A stretch of DNA of 64,000 bases. Source: a virus. Of this stretch, positions 35,888 to 43,940 are shown piece after piece; positions within the stretch are counted from its first letter, which is position 1, and each line of letters starts with the position of its first letter. Under the pieces are notes generated by a model, which searched no databases, was not told the origin of the DNA, and saw nothing but the letters and a program-made list of their open reading frames with translations. A program made the translations under genes and the position numbers. Location: the IMG/VR virus record IMGVR_UViG_3300004151_000006, positions 1 through 64,000 of that record, one strand, 5' to 3'.

Positions 35888-38167
35888 ATGGCAAAGCTAC
35901 GCGATATCAATAAACCAATGGACGTAGAGATCATTGACGCTAAACGAGTAGAAGACATCAGTTCTTCTGATTTAGTTGATGGTCAGATGCGTATTTATAC
36001 TGAAGATCTTGTATCAAGACAATACCCCCATGTCATTGATGGATTAAAGAAAGTGCAAAGACGTATTCTTTGGGTCCTTAATACATCAGATGAATTATTC
36101 AATTTGATTCGTATCATCGGACATACTGAAGATCTCCACACAAGTGGTGATAGTTCTATTTATTCTGCTTTAGTCCGTATGGCACAACCTTTCCATACTG
36201 GTCATCCATTGATTTTCATCAAAGGTAACGGTGGTTCTTATTCTAAAGAACAAGCTGCACACCCACGTTATATTCAAGTGAGCACCACTGAATTTGGTCG
36301 GGACATTCTTTTTAATAGATGTGTTAAAAAAGCTTTACCTTTAGTATATTCAAAAAACTTTGATAGTGAAGAACCACTGTATTTTATTCCATGTATACCT
36401 ACAGCTCTTCTGTATAATCACTTGACCATTGGTATCGGTTATAAATCAGAATCGCCACAACTCAATCTCAATAACTTATGTGAGTTAGTTATGAAACAAG
36501 TCGATATTCGCACTTCTACTTTTGGATTACAGGTGCCACACAATATCATTGCTAAATATTTGATACCTGATTTTCCAATCAATAATTATTTGATGAATAG
36601 AGATGAACTTTTAAAAGAATATGGTCAGGGTAATTTTGAGCATCCAATCAGACTGAATGGAATGATGGAATTTACAAATAACTCTATTGTACTTAAGGCA
36701 TGTGCTTATGGTGTGTCATATTACACATTATATTGTAATTTAACTGATAAACTTACAGATTCAAAGATCAAACATTGGTTACTCAATTATATTAATGGAT
36801 ATAGTGATTTTAGTGATAAAGAACCAAATTTTACTATTGACTTTAAAAATAAAGTAGATATCTTTGAACTATTGAGTAAGCTCCGTGCTACATTGGAAAT
36901 AGAAGGTGCTATTCATCCACGTTATTATTATACTTATGATGATAATCCCTTACATAAGACTCCACCACAGCTTCTCAGTATTTGGTATGATGAAAGAAAA
37001 CGTTCCATTCTTAGTGGTATTAAATATCAACACATGCAACTGACTCAGAATAAATTAGAGAAACAAGCCAGACTTATTATCTGTGAAAGAACTGATGATG
37101 TTATTCATATCTTACGTAACAGTGAAAATCCAATTAAAGAACTGACTGATACATTTCCCACACTCACCAAATATCAAGCTACTATCATTTACAATGCACC
37201 CATGCACACACTCACAAAACTCTCTAAGATCAAGATAGAAGAAGATATTGCTAGGATTGATCTTTCTATCCAAGATACGGTAGCTCGATATGGAAAGATC
37301 GATGAAACTATTTACAATGATGCACAATATGTAAAAAAGAAATATGGTAAGAAACGTATGACTAAATTCATAGATGAAATGATCGGATATGTTAAAGTGG
37401 GTGATACTGGTATCATGCAATATGAATCACCAGAAGATCTTTATGCTATCTTAAGTAGAAATCCGAATAATAGTAAAGCTATCCAGATATTTACTTATCA
37501 CCCATATCTTCCAAATAAGGTAGCATATTCTGAACAAAAAGCTTTAAAATATAAATACACTACCATACCTAAAGAATTCAAAGGTACTGCGGTACTTGAA
37601 TATCCAAACAATCCAGTGACATTTTGTCGTATTGAAGATGGGTCTGCATTCATACCTGGTATCAAGATACCCAATGATAATCAAAAACGTGGAGAGTTTC
37701 AATATACCACTAAGAAGTGTTATGGACTTACTTTAAATGGCAATGTCATTGAATTAGATGAATCAAGCATCTCTTCTAGAAAATCTATCTCTAGAGGTGC
37801 AAAATCTAATATCATTTATGTAATCCCTGGTAATTGTAAAGATATGATAGTATTTCATATGCATCCACTTGAACCCAATACTTTACGGATGGATCGTATC
37901 CTTCATAATGACAATTTAGGTAAGTGTGTATTTACACCCACCAATGCTCTTCAGGTACTTGATATCCAACCTGTCAATACCAATTTTATTGCTTTAAATA
38001 TCCCGCAAGACTGTATCAATAAAGTAGCTATTGAACATCTCATTATTGAAAATGTAAAAGGTTTCTTTGAAAATGGTCCCATGAATCTGATCATCAATTT
38101 GAGTAGAGGATCTAAGCAATTGAAAAAACATCCTGATCTTCAGAAAATGAGTATATTAAAAGGTTGA
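35888..38167 (+). CDS. type II DNA topoisomerase, DNA breakage-reunion subunit (GyrA/ParC/T4 gp52-like)
   Basis: DGLKKVQRRILW (compare DGLKPVHRRVL), SALVRMAQPF and QAAHPRYIQVS (compare AAMRYTE active-site Tyr context); AGGAG upstream. Confidence 0.85.
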   Translation: MAKLRDINKPMDVEIIDAKRVEDISSSDLVDGQMRIYTEDLVSRQYPHVIDGLKKVQRRILWVLNTSDELFNLIRIIGHTEDLHTSGDSSIYSALVRMAQPFHTGHPLIFIKGNGGSYSKEQAAHPRYIQVSTTEFGRDILFNRCVKKALPLVYSKNFDSEEPLYFIPCIPTALLYNHLTIGIGYKSESPQLNLNNLCELVMKQVDIRTSTFGLQVPHNIIAKYLIPDFPINNYLMNRDELLKEYGQGNFEHPIRLNGMMEFTNNSIVLKACAYGVSYYTLYCNLTDKLTDSKIKHWLLNYINGYSDFSDKEPNFTIDFKNKVDIFELLSKLRATLEIEGAIHPRYYYTYDDNPLHKTPPQLLSIWYDERKRSILSGIKYQHMQLTQNKLEKQARLIICERTDDVIHILRNSENPIKELTDTFPTLTKYQATIIYNAPMHTLTKLSKIKIEEDIARIDLSIQDTVARYGKIDETIYNDAQYVKKKYGKKRMTKFIDEMIGYVKVGDTGIMQYESPEDLYAILSRNPNNSKAIQIFTYHPYLPNKVAYSEQKALKYKYTTIPKEFKGTAVLEYPNNPVTFCRIEDGSAFIPGIKIPNDNQKRGEFQYTTKKCYGLTLNGNVIELDESSISSRKSISRGAKSNIIYVIPGNCKDMIVFHMHPLEPNTLRMDRILHNDNLGKCVFTPTNALQVLDIQPVNTNFIALNIPQDCINKVAIEHLIIENVKGFFENGPMNLIINLSRGSKQLKKHPDLQKMSILKG

Positions 38168-38171
38168 TACT

Positions 38172-38197
38172 GGATGGGGTACATACGTACCCCATCC
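38172..38197 (+). terminator. GC-clamped hairpin (GGATGGGGTAC / GTACCCCATCC)
   Basis: 11-bp perfect stem 5 nt after the stop. Confidence 0.55.
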
Positions 38198-38211
38198 ATA
38201 GGAGAAACTCT

Positions 38212-39009
38212 ATGCCAAATGGTATTTTAGTTTGTGATAAGTGTTTTACAGTCATCCACAGCAAATCGGACATAGCTAAACACAATGCCTGTTGTTTGGG
38301 TGAACTTGGGGAAATAGATGAACACCTCTGTGATGCGATGTTAGAACTGTGGAAAATGGGAATACAAACATTCTGGTGTTGTCAGGGACACCATTATGAT
38401 GATCACTTTTCTAGACCATATGTCGTTATGACTAAAGCAGTAATGCCCTTTGCAATTGAATTGAAAAAAGATGAAAAGTATAAAATGATAAAACTAAGAA
38501 GGAACTATTATAAATCCAATGAATTACTTATTGAGATCCCCTTAATAAGAGCATATCATTCACCATATCACATTTTAGAACTTATGTTGATTTTTGTAAG
38601 ATTTATTAATAACTTGGTGGTACTTATTAAAAATGCAGATACTTCCAAATTAAATAACCCAACACAAATCAAGTATAAATATAAAGGAACTTATGCCAAT
38701 ATCTGTTTTAAATGCTGGGGAGATGATACCCAATGGGTCATCTATGATTTTAAAGATTTTCCAACACAAGATGCATATAAAAAATGGTCTCCAATTAAAG
38801 TGTTCACAGAAGATAATAAATTATATATAGTAAGAAAAAACAGTACTAAAATATATAACCATGGAGAACAGATCACTAAAGAAGCTACATATGATTTACA
38901 TTTTAGCATTATTGAAGGTTTATGTTTTGCTAAAAAATCAAGAGTGCGACACAGAAATAGGGCTTTTAGAAAAAAGAATGCACTCATTCGTAGAGAAATA
39001 GAATGTTAA
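38212..39009 (+). CDS. hypothetical Cys/His-rich protein (265 aa), translationally overlapped with the NADAR-like gene
   Basis: AGGAGA upstream of ATG 38212 (the 38164 start runs through the hairpin); CDKC...CC...WCCQGH. Confidence 0.75.
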   Translation: MPNGILVCDKCFTVIHSKSDIAKHNACCLGELGEIDEHLCDAMLELWKMGIQTFWCCQGHHYDDHFSRPYVVMTKAVMPFAIELKKDEKYKMIKLRRNYYKSNELLIEIPLIRAYHSPYHILELMLIFVRFINNLVVLIKNADTSKLNNPTQIKYKYKGTYANICFKCWGDDTQWVIYDFKDFPTQDAYKKWSPIKVFTEDNKLYIVRKNSTKIYNHGEQITKEATYDLHFSIIEGLCFAKKSRVRHRNRAFRKKNALIRREIEC

Positions 39010-39629
39010 ATCAATATCAAAACATCAATACTGACTCTACTGAAATATTAGAAGAGAATGCTCTAATATTTAGAAAGGTATCTGAACCCTTTGGTGAACT
39101 TCACAACATGCATAATGGATTTCCACTTACGGTCATGGAGCACCGTATCAAATCTAGTGAAGCACTTTATCAGATGTTAAAATATCCACACCACAGTGAT
39201 GTACAACACAGTATCAACAATCAACCCCATGCATATGTAGCTAAGAGATATGCATATCACTATGATAGTCATAAAAGATCTGATTGGTTTGATGTTAGTG
39301 TACCTATTATGTATTGGGTAGTCAAACTCAAAGTACTCTTTTATTGGAAGATATTCTCACCCATTTATGTTCAGCATCCAAAAATTAATATTGTAGAATG
39401 GTCTAAGAAAGAAGAATTCTGGGGAGCTAAACTCAAACAAGGTATCTTTTATGGATCTAATGTATTGGGTAAAATACACATGTGTATCAGTGATGAAATA
39501 AATGAACTCTATCCACAAGTACAATCTTCTTCAAACAGTTTTATATATACTCTAGAACCTTTGAATATTCCGGACTTTAAATTATTCAATAAATTTATCC
39601 CACCAATAGATTTAGTATTAGAAAAATGA
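39003..39629 (+). CDS. NADAR / YbiA (DUF1768)-family protein
   Basis: FGELHNMHNGFPL...IKSSEALYQMLKY and EFWGAKL...GSNVLGKIHM parallel YbiA YGDFSNFAAWPI...WPTSEHYFQAQKF and AYWGDG...GKNRLGYLLM. Confidence 0.7.
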   Translation: MLNQYQNINTDSTEILEENALIFRKVSEPFGELHNMHNGFPLTVMEHRIKSSEALYQMLKYPHHSDVQHSINNQPHAYVAKRYAYHYDSHKRSDWFDVSVPIMYWVVKLKVLFYWKIFSPIYVQHPKINIVEWSKKEEFWGAKLKQGIFYGSNVLGKIHMCISDEINELYPQVQSSSNSFIYTLEPLNIPDFKLFNKFIPPIDLVLEK

Positions 39630-39682
39630 TATTACAATATTATTTTAACAATCTGATAATTATCTATTAAGGAGGTATATTT

Positions 39683-41122
39683 ATGAGTAAAACTTATTAT
39701 CCTAAGGATATTTTAGATGGTGATATAGAATTTAAAGAAGATGATAAAGTGATGATTCCATTTTGTGAAAATGGTATGACTACATTTTTAACAGCAGAAA
39801 TTTGCAGTGGAGAACAATTTGAAGGTGAAGGATTGTATTTATCATTTGTGGATGATGTTAGTGTTGATTGGGAACGTGATACAGAACTTCATCATAGATT
39901 ATTTTCTTGTAGAAACATCGTACCTAAAGATGGATATGTTCTTTTACCCCAGGGTTCAACTTCTAAAATAAAAGTATCTTATCCAGCAAAAAGCTCTAAT
40001 CATTTGAGTATGTTATTAACACATTTATTATCATCATGCTGTACCTTTGATTACTGTTGCATGAAGAATAAAAAACATCTTATTTTTGATGATCGTGTTA
40101 TTAATGAACATCAACACTGTAGTACATATGTGTTCCATAATTATTATGACAACATTAAAGAAAAACCATATCTCCATCACGAACCAAATGTACTCTCATT
40201 ATTTGGATATGGTAAATATACTACAAAAAAATGGCAATTATATGAATTAATATCTTTAATATCTGGAAAAAGTAAAATTACTAGAGTTTATGAAAATACA
40301 GATAATGTTGATCTAATACGACTTAAATACGATATGGTTATTTCAGATTTAGAATCTGTAAAAAAGTGTGCTTTTTATAGTGATGAAAAACCACGTTGTA
40401 AATTTCAATATGTGGAACACAAAGAACTTATTAACCATATACCACATATTGAATATATAGGCTGGTATTCTCCATTTGAAAATATATTAAATAGAGAAAA
40501 CATGGCCAGTAACAATGATAAAGAATCTAATCATCATATTCCTCTCACTGAAGAATTTGTCACCAGTGGACTACCAGTTAAAAATCCAGCTAATATACCT
40601 GAAGGTGATCTATATACAAGTGTATTTCCAACTGATGTTGAAGAAATCAATTTTGAACGTAAGATCCCAGATGGTATCTTAAACAATACCAAAACAACAC
40701 TGGCCGCTACTGCTATGTATCAAACCCAAACCAAGAAGGAGAAGACCATGGATACCAAGACTGCTCTCATCGATAGCAACAAAGACGCTGCTTTCATCGC
40801 TGCCCAGATCGAAGCCGGCCGTTTGGCCACTGCCATGCTCACCAAGATGGCTACTCCGCACCTGCCGATGATTCTGCAAGGGTATGCACAGCATCCTCTT
40901 GCAGCATTGATCCTTGCCAATATGGCCGTCTTTGGCGTTGAACAGTTTCGGCCTACTGATGAAAAGGCCAAGTTTATTGCTAAGGCTATGCAGATCTCAG
41001 CATATACTGAGCTGTTCAAATCATTCAATGTTGAAGAGATGATCAATACGGTATTTGATGAACTGAGTGATAAGATTAAGTTCCCCACTATGAAAAAGGA
41101 AATTGAAGACATGAAGCTGTAA
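39683..41122 (+). CDS. hypothetical protein (479 aa); AT-rich N-terminal 355 codons joined in frame to a G+C-rich C-terminal 124 codons
   Basis: AAGGAGG upstream of ATG 39683; internal in-frame AAGGAG-N6-ATG at 40748 coincides with the composition shift. Confidence 0.75.
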   Translation: MSKTYYPKDILDGDIEFKEDDKVMIPFCENGMTTFLTAEICSGEQFEGEGLYLSFVDDVSVDWERDTELHHRLFSCRNIVPKDGYVLLPQGSTSKIKVSYPAKSSNHLSMLLTHLLSSCCTFDYCCMKNKKHLIFDDRVINEHQHCSTYVFHNYYDNIKEKPYLHHEPNVLSLFGYGKYTTKKWQLYELISLISGKSKITRVYENTDNVDLIRLKYDMVISDLESVKKCAFYSDEKPRCKFQYVEHKELINHIPHIEYIGWYSPFENILNRENMASNNDKESNHHIPLTEEFVTSGLPVKNPANIPEGDLYTSVFPTDVEEINFERKIPDGILNNTKTTLAATAMYQTQTKKEKTMDTKTALIDSNKDAAFIAAQIEAGRLATAMLTKMATPHLPMILQGYAQHPLAALILANMAVFGVEQFRPTDEKAKFIAKAMQISAYTELFKSFNVEEMINTVFDELSDKIKFPTMKKEIEDMKL

Positions 41123-41156
41123 TACCCGTGTAGTCCAAAACAGGACAAATATATAT

Positions 41157-41198
41157 CATATATGGGATGTGAGAATAAAAACTCATGTCCCATATATG
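41157..41198 (+). terminator. 17-bp hairpin (CATATATGGGATGTGAG / CTCATGTCCCATATATG, two G-U pairs)
   Basis: 35 nt after the stop of 39683..41122. Confidence 0.45.
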
Positions 41199-41245
41199 AT
41201 CTGACTCCTTTTAACCACTTACTATCTTTTAAGGAGAGTGAAGCC

Positions 41246-41650
41246 ATGTACAAAGTGGTGGACTCCAATGGCATTGTGCTTGATTTTGATCTTCCGAACA
41301 AAAAGGAAGCTAAGATTGCCCGTGACAAGTATGATCAGGGCACTGCATTTCTTCAGCGTACGGATAAGCATCCCAGAGGGGCATCGCATCTGCCGCAACC
41401 CAAGAAACCCAAGTTTGGAAAACCCGAAGACCTGGTCACCGACACCCAGACCGAGCCGGTCAAACTCACTGATGAGGAGATCGAGGCTGAGGCCGAACGC
41501 CTTGAAGGCTTCGGCTACAAGACAGCCAATGGCACCGATGGTGTCCCTATCTGGAAACAAAGGGTGGAACGCAAAGTCGATGCTCCTTCGGCTTCGGCTC
41601 AGTTCCAGCCCCGGGTCATTGACTTCAGCGAAGACCCCACTTTCGCGTAG
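41246..41650 (+). CDS. hypothetical protein (134 aa), G+C-rich island gene
   Basis: AAGGAG 9 nt upstream of ATG 41246; the 41162 start runs through hairpin 41157-41198. Confidence 0.65.
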   Translation: MYKVVDSNGIVLDFDLPNKKEAKIARDKYDQGTAFLQRTDKHPRGASHLPQPKKPKFGKPEDLVTDTQTEPVKLTDEEIEAEAERLEGFGYKTANGTDGVPIWKQRVERKVDAPSASAQFQPRVIDFSEDPTFA

Positions 41651-41653
41651 TCT

Positions 41654-41679
41654 AAGATCAGATCCTAAGATCTGATCTT
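41654..41679 (+). terminator. hairpin AAGATCAGATC CTAA GATCTGATCTT followed by a T-rich tract
   Basis: 11-bp perfect stem 4 nt after the stop. Confidence 0.55.
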
Positions 41680-41722
41680 CTTCTTTAATCAGTGGGCACT
41701 TTAGACTAGAGGTAATTCTCAC

Positions 41723-42195
41723 TGCTCACCAATTGGGATCGTCAAATCGGAGATAATGACGACCTAGGCCAAATTGGCTGAATATGGGAGGCAAATATGC
41801 ATTGGCCGTAACTATCATGTCCGGCTCCTTTGGGTCGTGCCTATCTGGGACTCCCGGAAAGGTCATCGGCTACACAGTCTAAGGTAATATCAAAATATAT
41901 CCGGTGAGTAGCTGTGCGGTAATGACAGCGGCAGTCGTTGACATCGACGATATGATGTGGGTTTAGAGGAACCCTCGGGAATGGGTGGTGTGAACACCCT
42001 ACCACACCCTATTCAAACAATAGATCGAGACTGTGACTAAACCACGTACTGAATCAAAGGTGATGTGCACCACCAGAGAGAGACTCGTGGTAACCGGATG
42101 TGTCTTAGGTATCGTTTGTTTATGCACCTCTAACTTGCATTACAGGGCTGGGGCCGGATCATCAGATTTGTGCCTCAGCCCATCTTAATTTATGT
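41723..42195 (+). ncRNA. candidate structured RNA / long tRNA-operon leader (identity unknown)
   Basis: About 470 nt with no credible ORF on either strand; G+C-elevated; many local helices including a 10-bp stem at 42145-42181; strand inferred from the adjacent tRNAs. Confidence 0.3.
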
Positions 42196-42271
42196 TGGGG
42201 TATAGCTCAGTTGGTAGAGCCATCGGCTCATAACCGAAAGGTCACGTGTTCGACCCACGTTGCCCCAACCA
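42196..42271 (+). tRNA. tRNA with CAT anticodon (Met, or Ile2 if lysidine-modified), CCA encoded
   Basis: Hand-folded cloverleaf: acceptor TGGGGTA/TGCCCCA, D arm GCTC-AGTTGGTA-GAGC, anticodon loop CTCATAA, T arm ACGTG-TTCGACC-CACGT; 76 nt. Confidence 0.9.
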
Positions 42272-42275
42272 TTGT

Positions 42276-42352
42276 GGGACTGTAGCTCAGTTGGATAGAG
42301 CATCTGCCTTCTAAGCAGACAGTCAGAGGTTCGACTCCTCTCAGTCTCACCA
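42276..42352 (+). tRNA. tRNA-Arg (TCT anticodon, reads AGA), CCA encoded
   Basis: Acceptor GGGACTG/CAGTCTC, D arm GCTC-AGTTGGATA-GAGC, anticodon stem TCTGC/GCAGA with loop CTTCTAA, T arm AGAGG-TTCGACT-CCTCT; 77 nt. Confidence 0.9.
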
Positions 42353-42363
42353 CCAAAATTTTC

Positions 42364-42435
42364 AAGGACATAGCTTAGTCGTAGAGCCCAGGTCTCACCA
42401 GCCTGGAGAGTTTGGTTCAATTCCAAATGTCCTTG
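42364..42435 (+). tRNA. atypical tRNA-like gene; anticodon CAC (Val) if folded canonically
   Basis: Acceptor AAGGACA/TGTCCTT (A1-U72), D arm GCTT-AGTCGTA-GAGC (no GG), anticodon stem CAGGT/GCCTG with loop CTCACCA (C at position 37), T arm TTTGG-TTCAATT-CCAAA, G73, no encoded CCA. Confidence 0.55.
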
Positions 42436-42651
42436 GCCAAGATTATCTCTCTTATATCAGGAGAGTTGTGTAAGACATTCTGTGCATCACCATGAAGGGA
42501 CATGTGGCTGTACAGGGACATAACTTCATCGTACCTCAATATCCATCAAAAGTGATACCCATGCGATGATGCGGGAGGAACACGTAAAACACCCTCCATC
42601 CAAATACCTCGACAGTTGACAGGTGGTAACCGCTGAACAATGTCCCATAAA
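42436..42651 (+). ncRNA. candidate structured trailer of the tRNA transcription unit
   Basis: About 215 nt without a credible ORF, lying between the last tRNA and the terminator; local helices such as CTCTC/GAGAG 42447-42465 and GGAGG/CCTCC near 42565-42597. Confidence 0.25.
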
Positions 42652-42705
42652 GGAGAGAGTGCATATAAATGCACTCTCTCCCGCCACCACACTTTATTTT
42701 TTTTT
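42652..42705 (+). terminator. rho-independent-type terminator (13-bp perfect stem GGAGAGAGTGCAT ATAA ATGCACTCTCTCC, then T-run)
   Basis: Stem 42652-42681; TTTATTTTTTTTT at 42693-42705. Confidence 0.7.
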
Positions 42706-42729
42706 GTAAATATTATGAAGGAGTAAATT

Positions 42730-43047
42730 ATGGATATACCCCAGATCATCATTGAAGTAAAAAATAATCCAATGGGCTACCGTGTATGCAAATTACATGG
42801 ACCAACAGTTGGTGATTGGGAACACTTTTTCGGTAATGTTAAAAAAGCTAATTTATTTCTTTCTAATAATTCACCACATGCAATCATGGCGATGCTCAGT
42901 GGTATGCTCACAGTTAATACTGGGAAAGAAAAGATTAGTTTATTTATTGATTCAATACTGGATACTGAGGAATATAATACTATCATGAATATCTTACCAA
43001 CCATCAATAAGAATGCTGTAAAACTCAAATCCATGGGAAATACTTAG
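42730..43047 (+). CDS. hypothetical protein (105 aa)
   Basis: AAGGAG 7 nt upstream of ATG. Confidence 0.75.
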   Translation: MDIPQIIIEVKNNPMGYRVCKLHGPTVGDWEHFFGNVKKANLFLSNNSPHAIMAMLSGMLTVNTGKEKISLFIDSILDTEEYNTIMNILPTINKNAVKLKSMGNT

Positions 43048-43052
43048 AAACT

Positions 43053-43061
43053 ATGCTATAG
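43053..43061 (+). promoter_or_regulatory. promoter-like motif variant ATGCTATAG
   Basis: About 70 nt upstream of ATG 43131 in an intergenic gap. Confidence 0.3.
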
Positions 43062-43130
43062 CTAGATCCACCGAATGTTGTCTCTAGCTCAATACTGAAT
43101 ATTCAACACTTCTGTTTAAGGAGCGCACAT

Positions 43131-43844
43131 ATGGTCACTGATGCTGAACCCATTTTGGGATATGATGCGGTCACTAACACCTACACGTGTGTCAGTACTG
43201 CTAAGCCATCTTCCCACACCATCGTTAAACAATTATTTCATGAAAAAACTTATAAACTCCGTGATCTTGCTAAGAAATTAAATCTTACCCCTTCAAAAGT
43301 CTTTAAGGTCATGTTTGACCGCAACACTGAAGAAGCTGATAAATTGGATGAGCGTATTGTCTCCACTGGTGAAAATGTTTGGGCTTTTAAATTAGGTGAA
43401 TCTGCAATTGAAGCTCCCATTCTTCCAGATACTACCAAGCCTATGGTCATTAGTGCAGTGGTGCTTAATAATATTCTCACTATCACGTTTGAAGATGTGA
43501 ACCATCTTGATGCTTCGAAGGTACCCACTTTAGATAAATTTGGTGTCTCTGTCAATGGAACTAAAATGAATGTTCAACGTATCCAGTTGGGTAAGAACAG
43601 TAATGTACTTAAACTTTACTTGGGTGGTGCTGTCAAATTTGGTGATATTATTGAAGTGCAATATACTAAACCTGATTCCCCGAAGAATAGCCTCCAGGAT
43701 ACTGCTAAAAATATCATCGATAATTTTCAAACCGAAGTCAATAATCTGTCTGAAGCTCCCCCTGCACCAGAACCAGCTCCAGTTACACCCACAGTCACAG
43801 ATCCTCAAACGCCTCCTGCTGAAGATCCTCCTGCCGCTACGTAG
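43131..43844 (+). CDS. virion-associated protein candidate with Ig-like repeat-type domain and Pro-rich C-terminal tail (237 aa)
   Basis: AAGGAG upstream; FGVSVNGTKMNVQRIQLGKNSNVLKLYLGGAVKFGDIIEVQYTKP resembles bacterial Ig-like/SwmB-type repeats; ends in APPAPEPAPVTPTVTDPQTPPAEDPPAAT. Confidence 0.7.
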   Translation: MVTDAEPILGYDAVTNTYTCVSTAKPSSHTIVKQLFHEKTYKLRDLAKKLNLTPSKVFKVMFDRNTEEADKLDERIVSTGENVWAFKLGESAIEAPILPDTTKPMVISAVVLNNILTITFEDVNHLDASKVPTLDKFGVSVNGTKMNVQRIQLGKNSNVLKLYLGGAVKFGDIIEVQYTKPDSPKNSLQDTAKNIIDNFQTEVNNLSEAPPAPEPAPVTPTVTDPQTPPAEDPPAAT

Positions 43845-43854
43845 CAGACTATGC

Positions 43855-43885
43855 CAGTGTAGTGGGGTCTATCCCCACTACACTG
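43855..43885 (+). terminator. GC-clamped hairpin (CAGTGTAGTGGGG / CCCCACTACACTG)
   Basis: 13-bp perfect stem 11 nt after the stop. Confidence 0.55.
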
Positions 43886-43915
43886 GTGATGTATCTTTCT
43901 AGTAGATTTTTTCTT

Positions 43916-43924
43916 ATCTTATAG
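43916..43924 (+). promoter_or_regulatory. promoter-like motif ATCTTATAG (exact)
   Basis: 17 nt upstream of ATG 43941, immediately before the AAGGAG RBS, after a terminator. Confidence 0.45.
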
Positions 43925-43940
43925 CTAAGGAGATACAACC

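Noticed and set aside
3664-41245. N-terminally extended ORF-track starts at 3664, 4557, 13249, 15645, 17884, 19909, 28277, 29482, 38164, 41162, 53967 and 60045
   Set aside because: In each case a downstream in-frame start has a proper Shine-Dalgarno sequence. The extension would also read through a terminator hairpin, a promoter-like motif or the neighbouring gene.
40679-41722. Minus-strand ORFs 40679..40894, 40720..41328 and 41222..41722, and plus-strand 41238..41675
   Set aside because: They overlap better-supported plus-strand genes in a G+C-rich island, lack RBSs and cross hairpins.
41723-42195. Identification of the ORF-free region as RNase P RNA, tmRNA, a group I/II intron or a known riboswitch
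   Set aside because: I could not find the conserved cores by eye: the GAGGAAAGUCC-type P4 element, a tRNA-like 3' domain with a tag ORF, a P7/G-binding site, or domain V. The GGAAAGGTC at about 41865 is only a loose resemblance. The region is left as an unknown candidate RNA.
42190-42426. 78-aa minus-strand ORF
   Set aside because: It lies exactly antisense to the three tRNA genes, so it is an artefact of the tRNA sequence.
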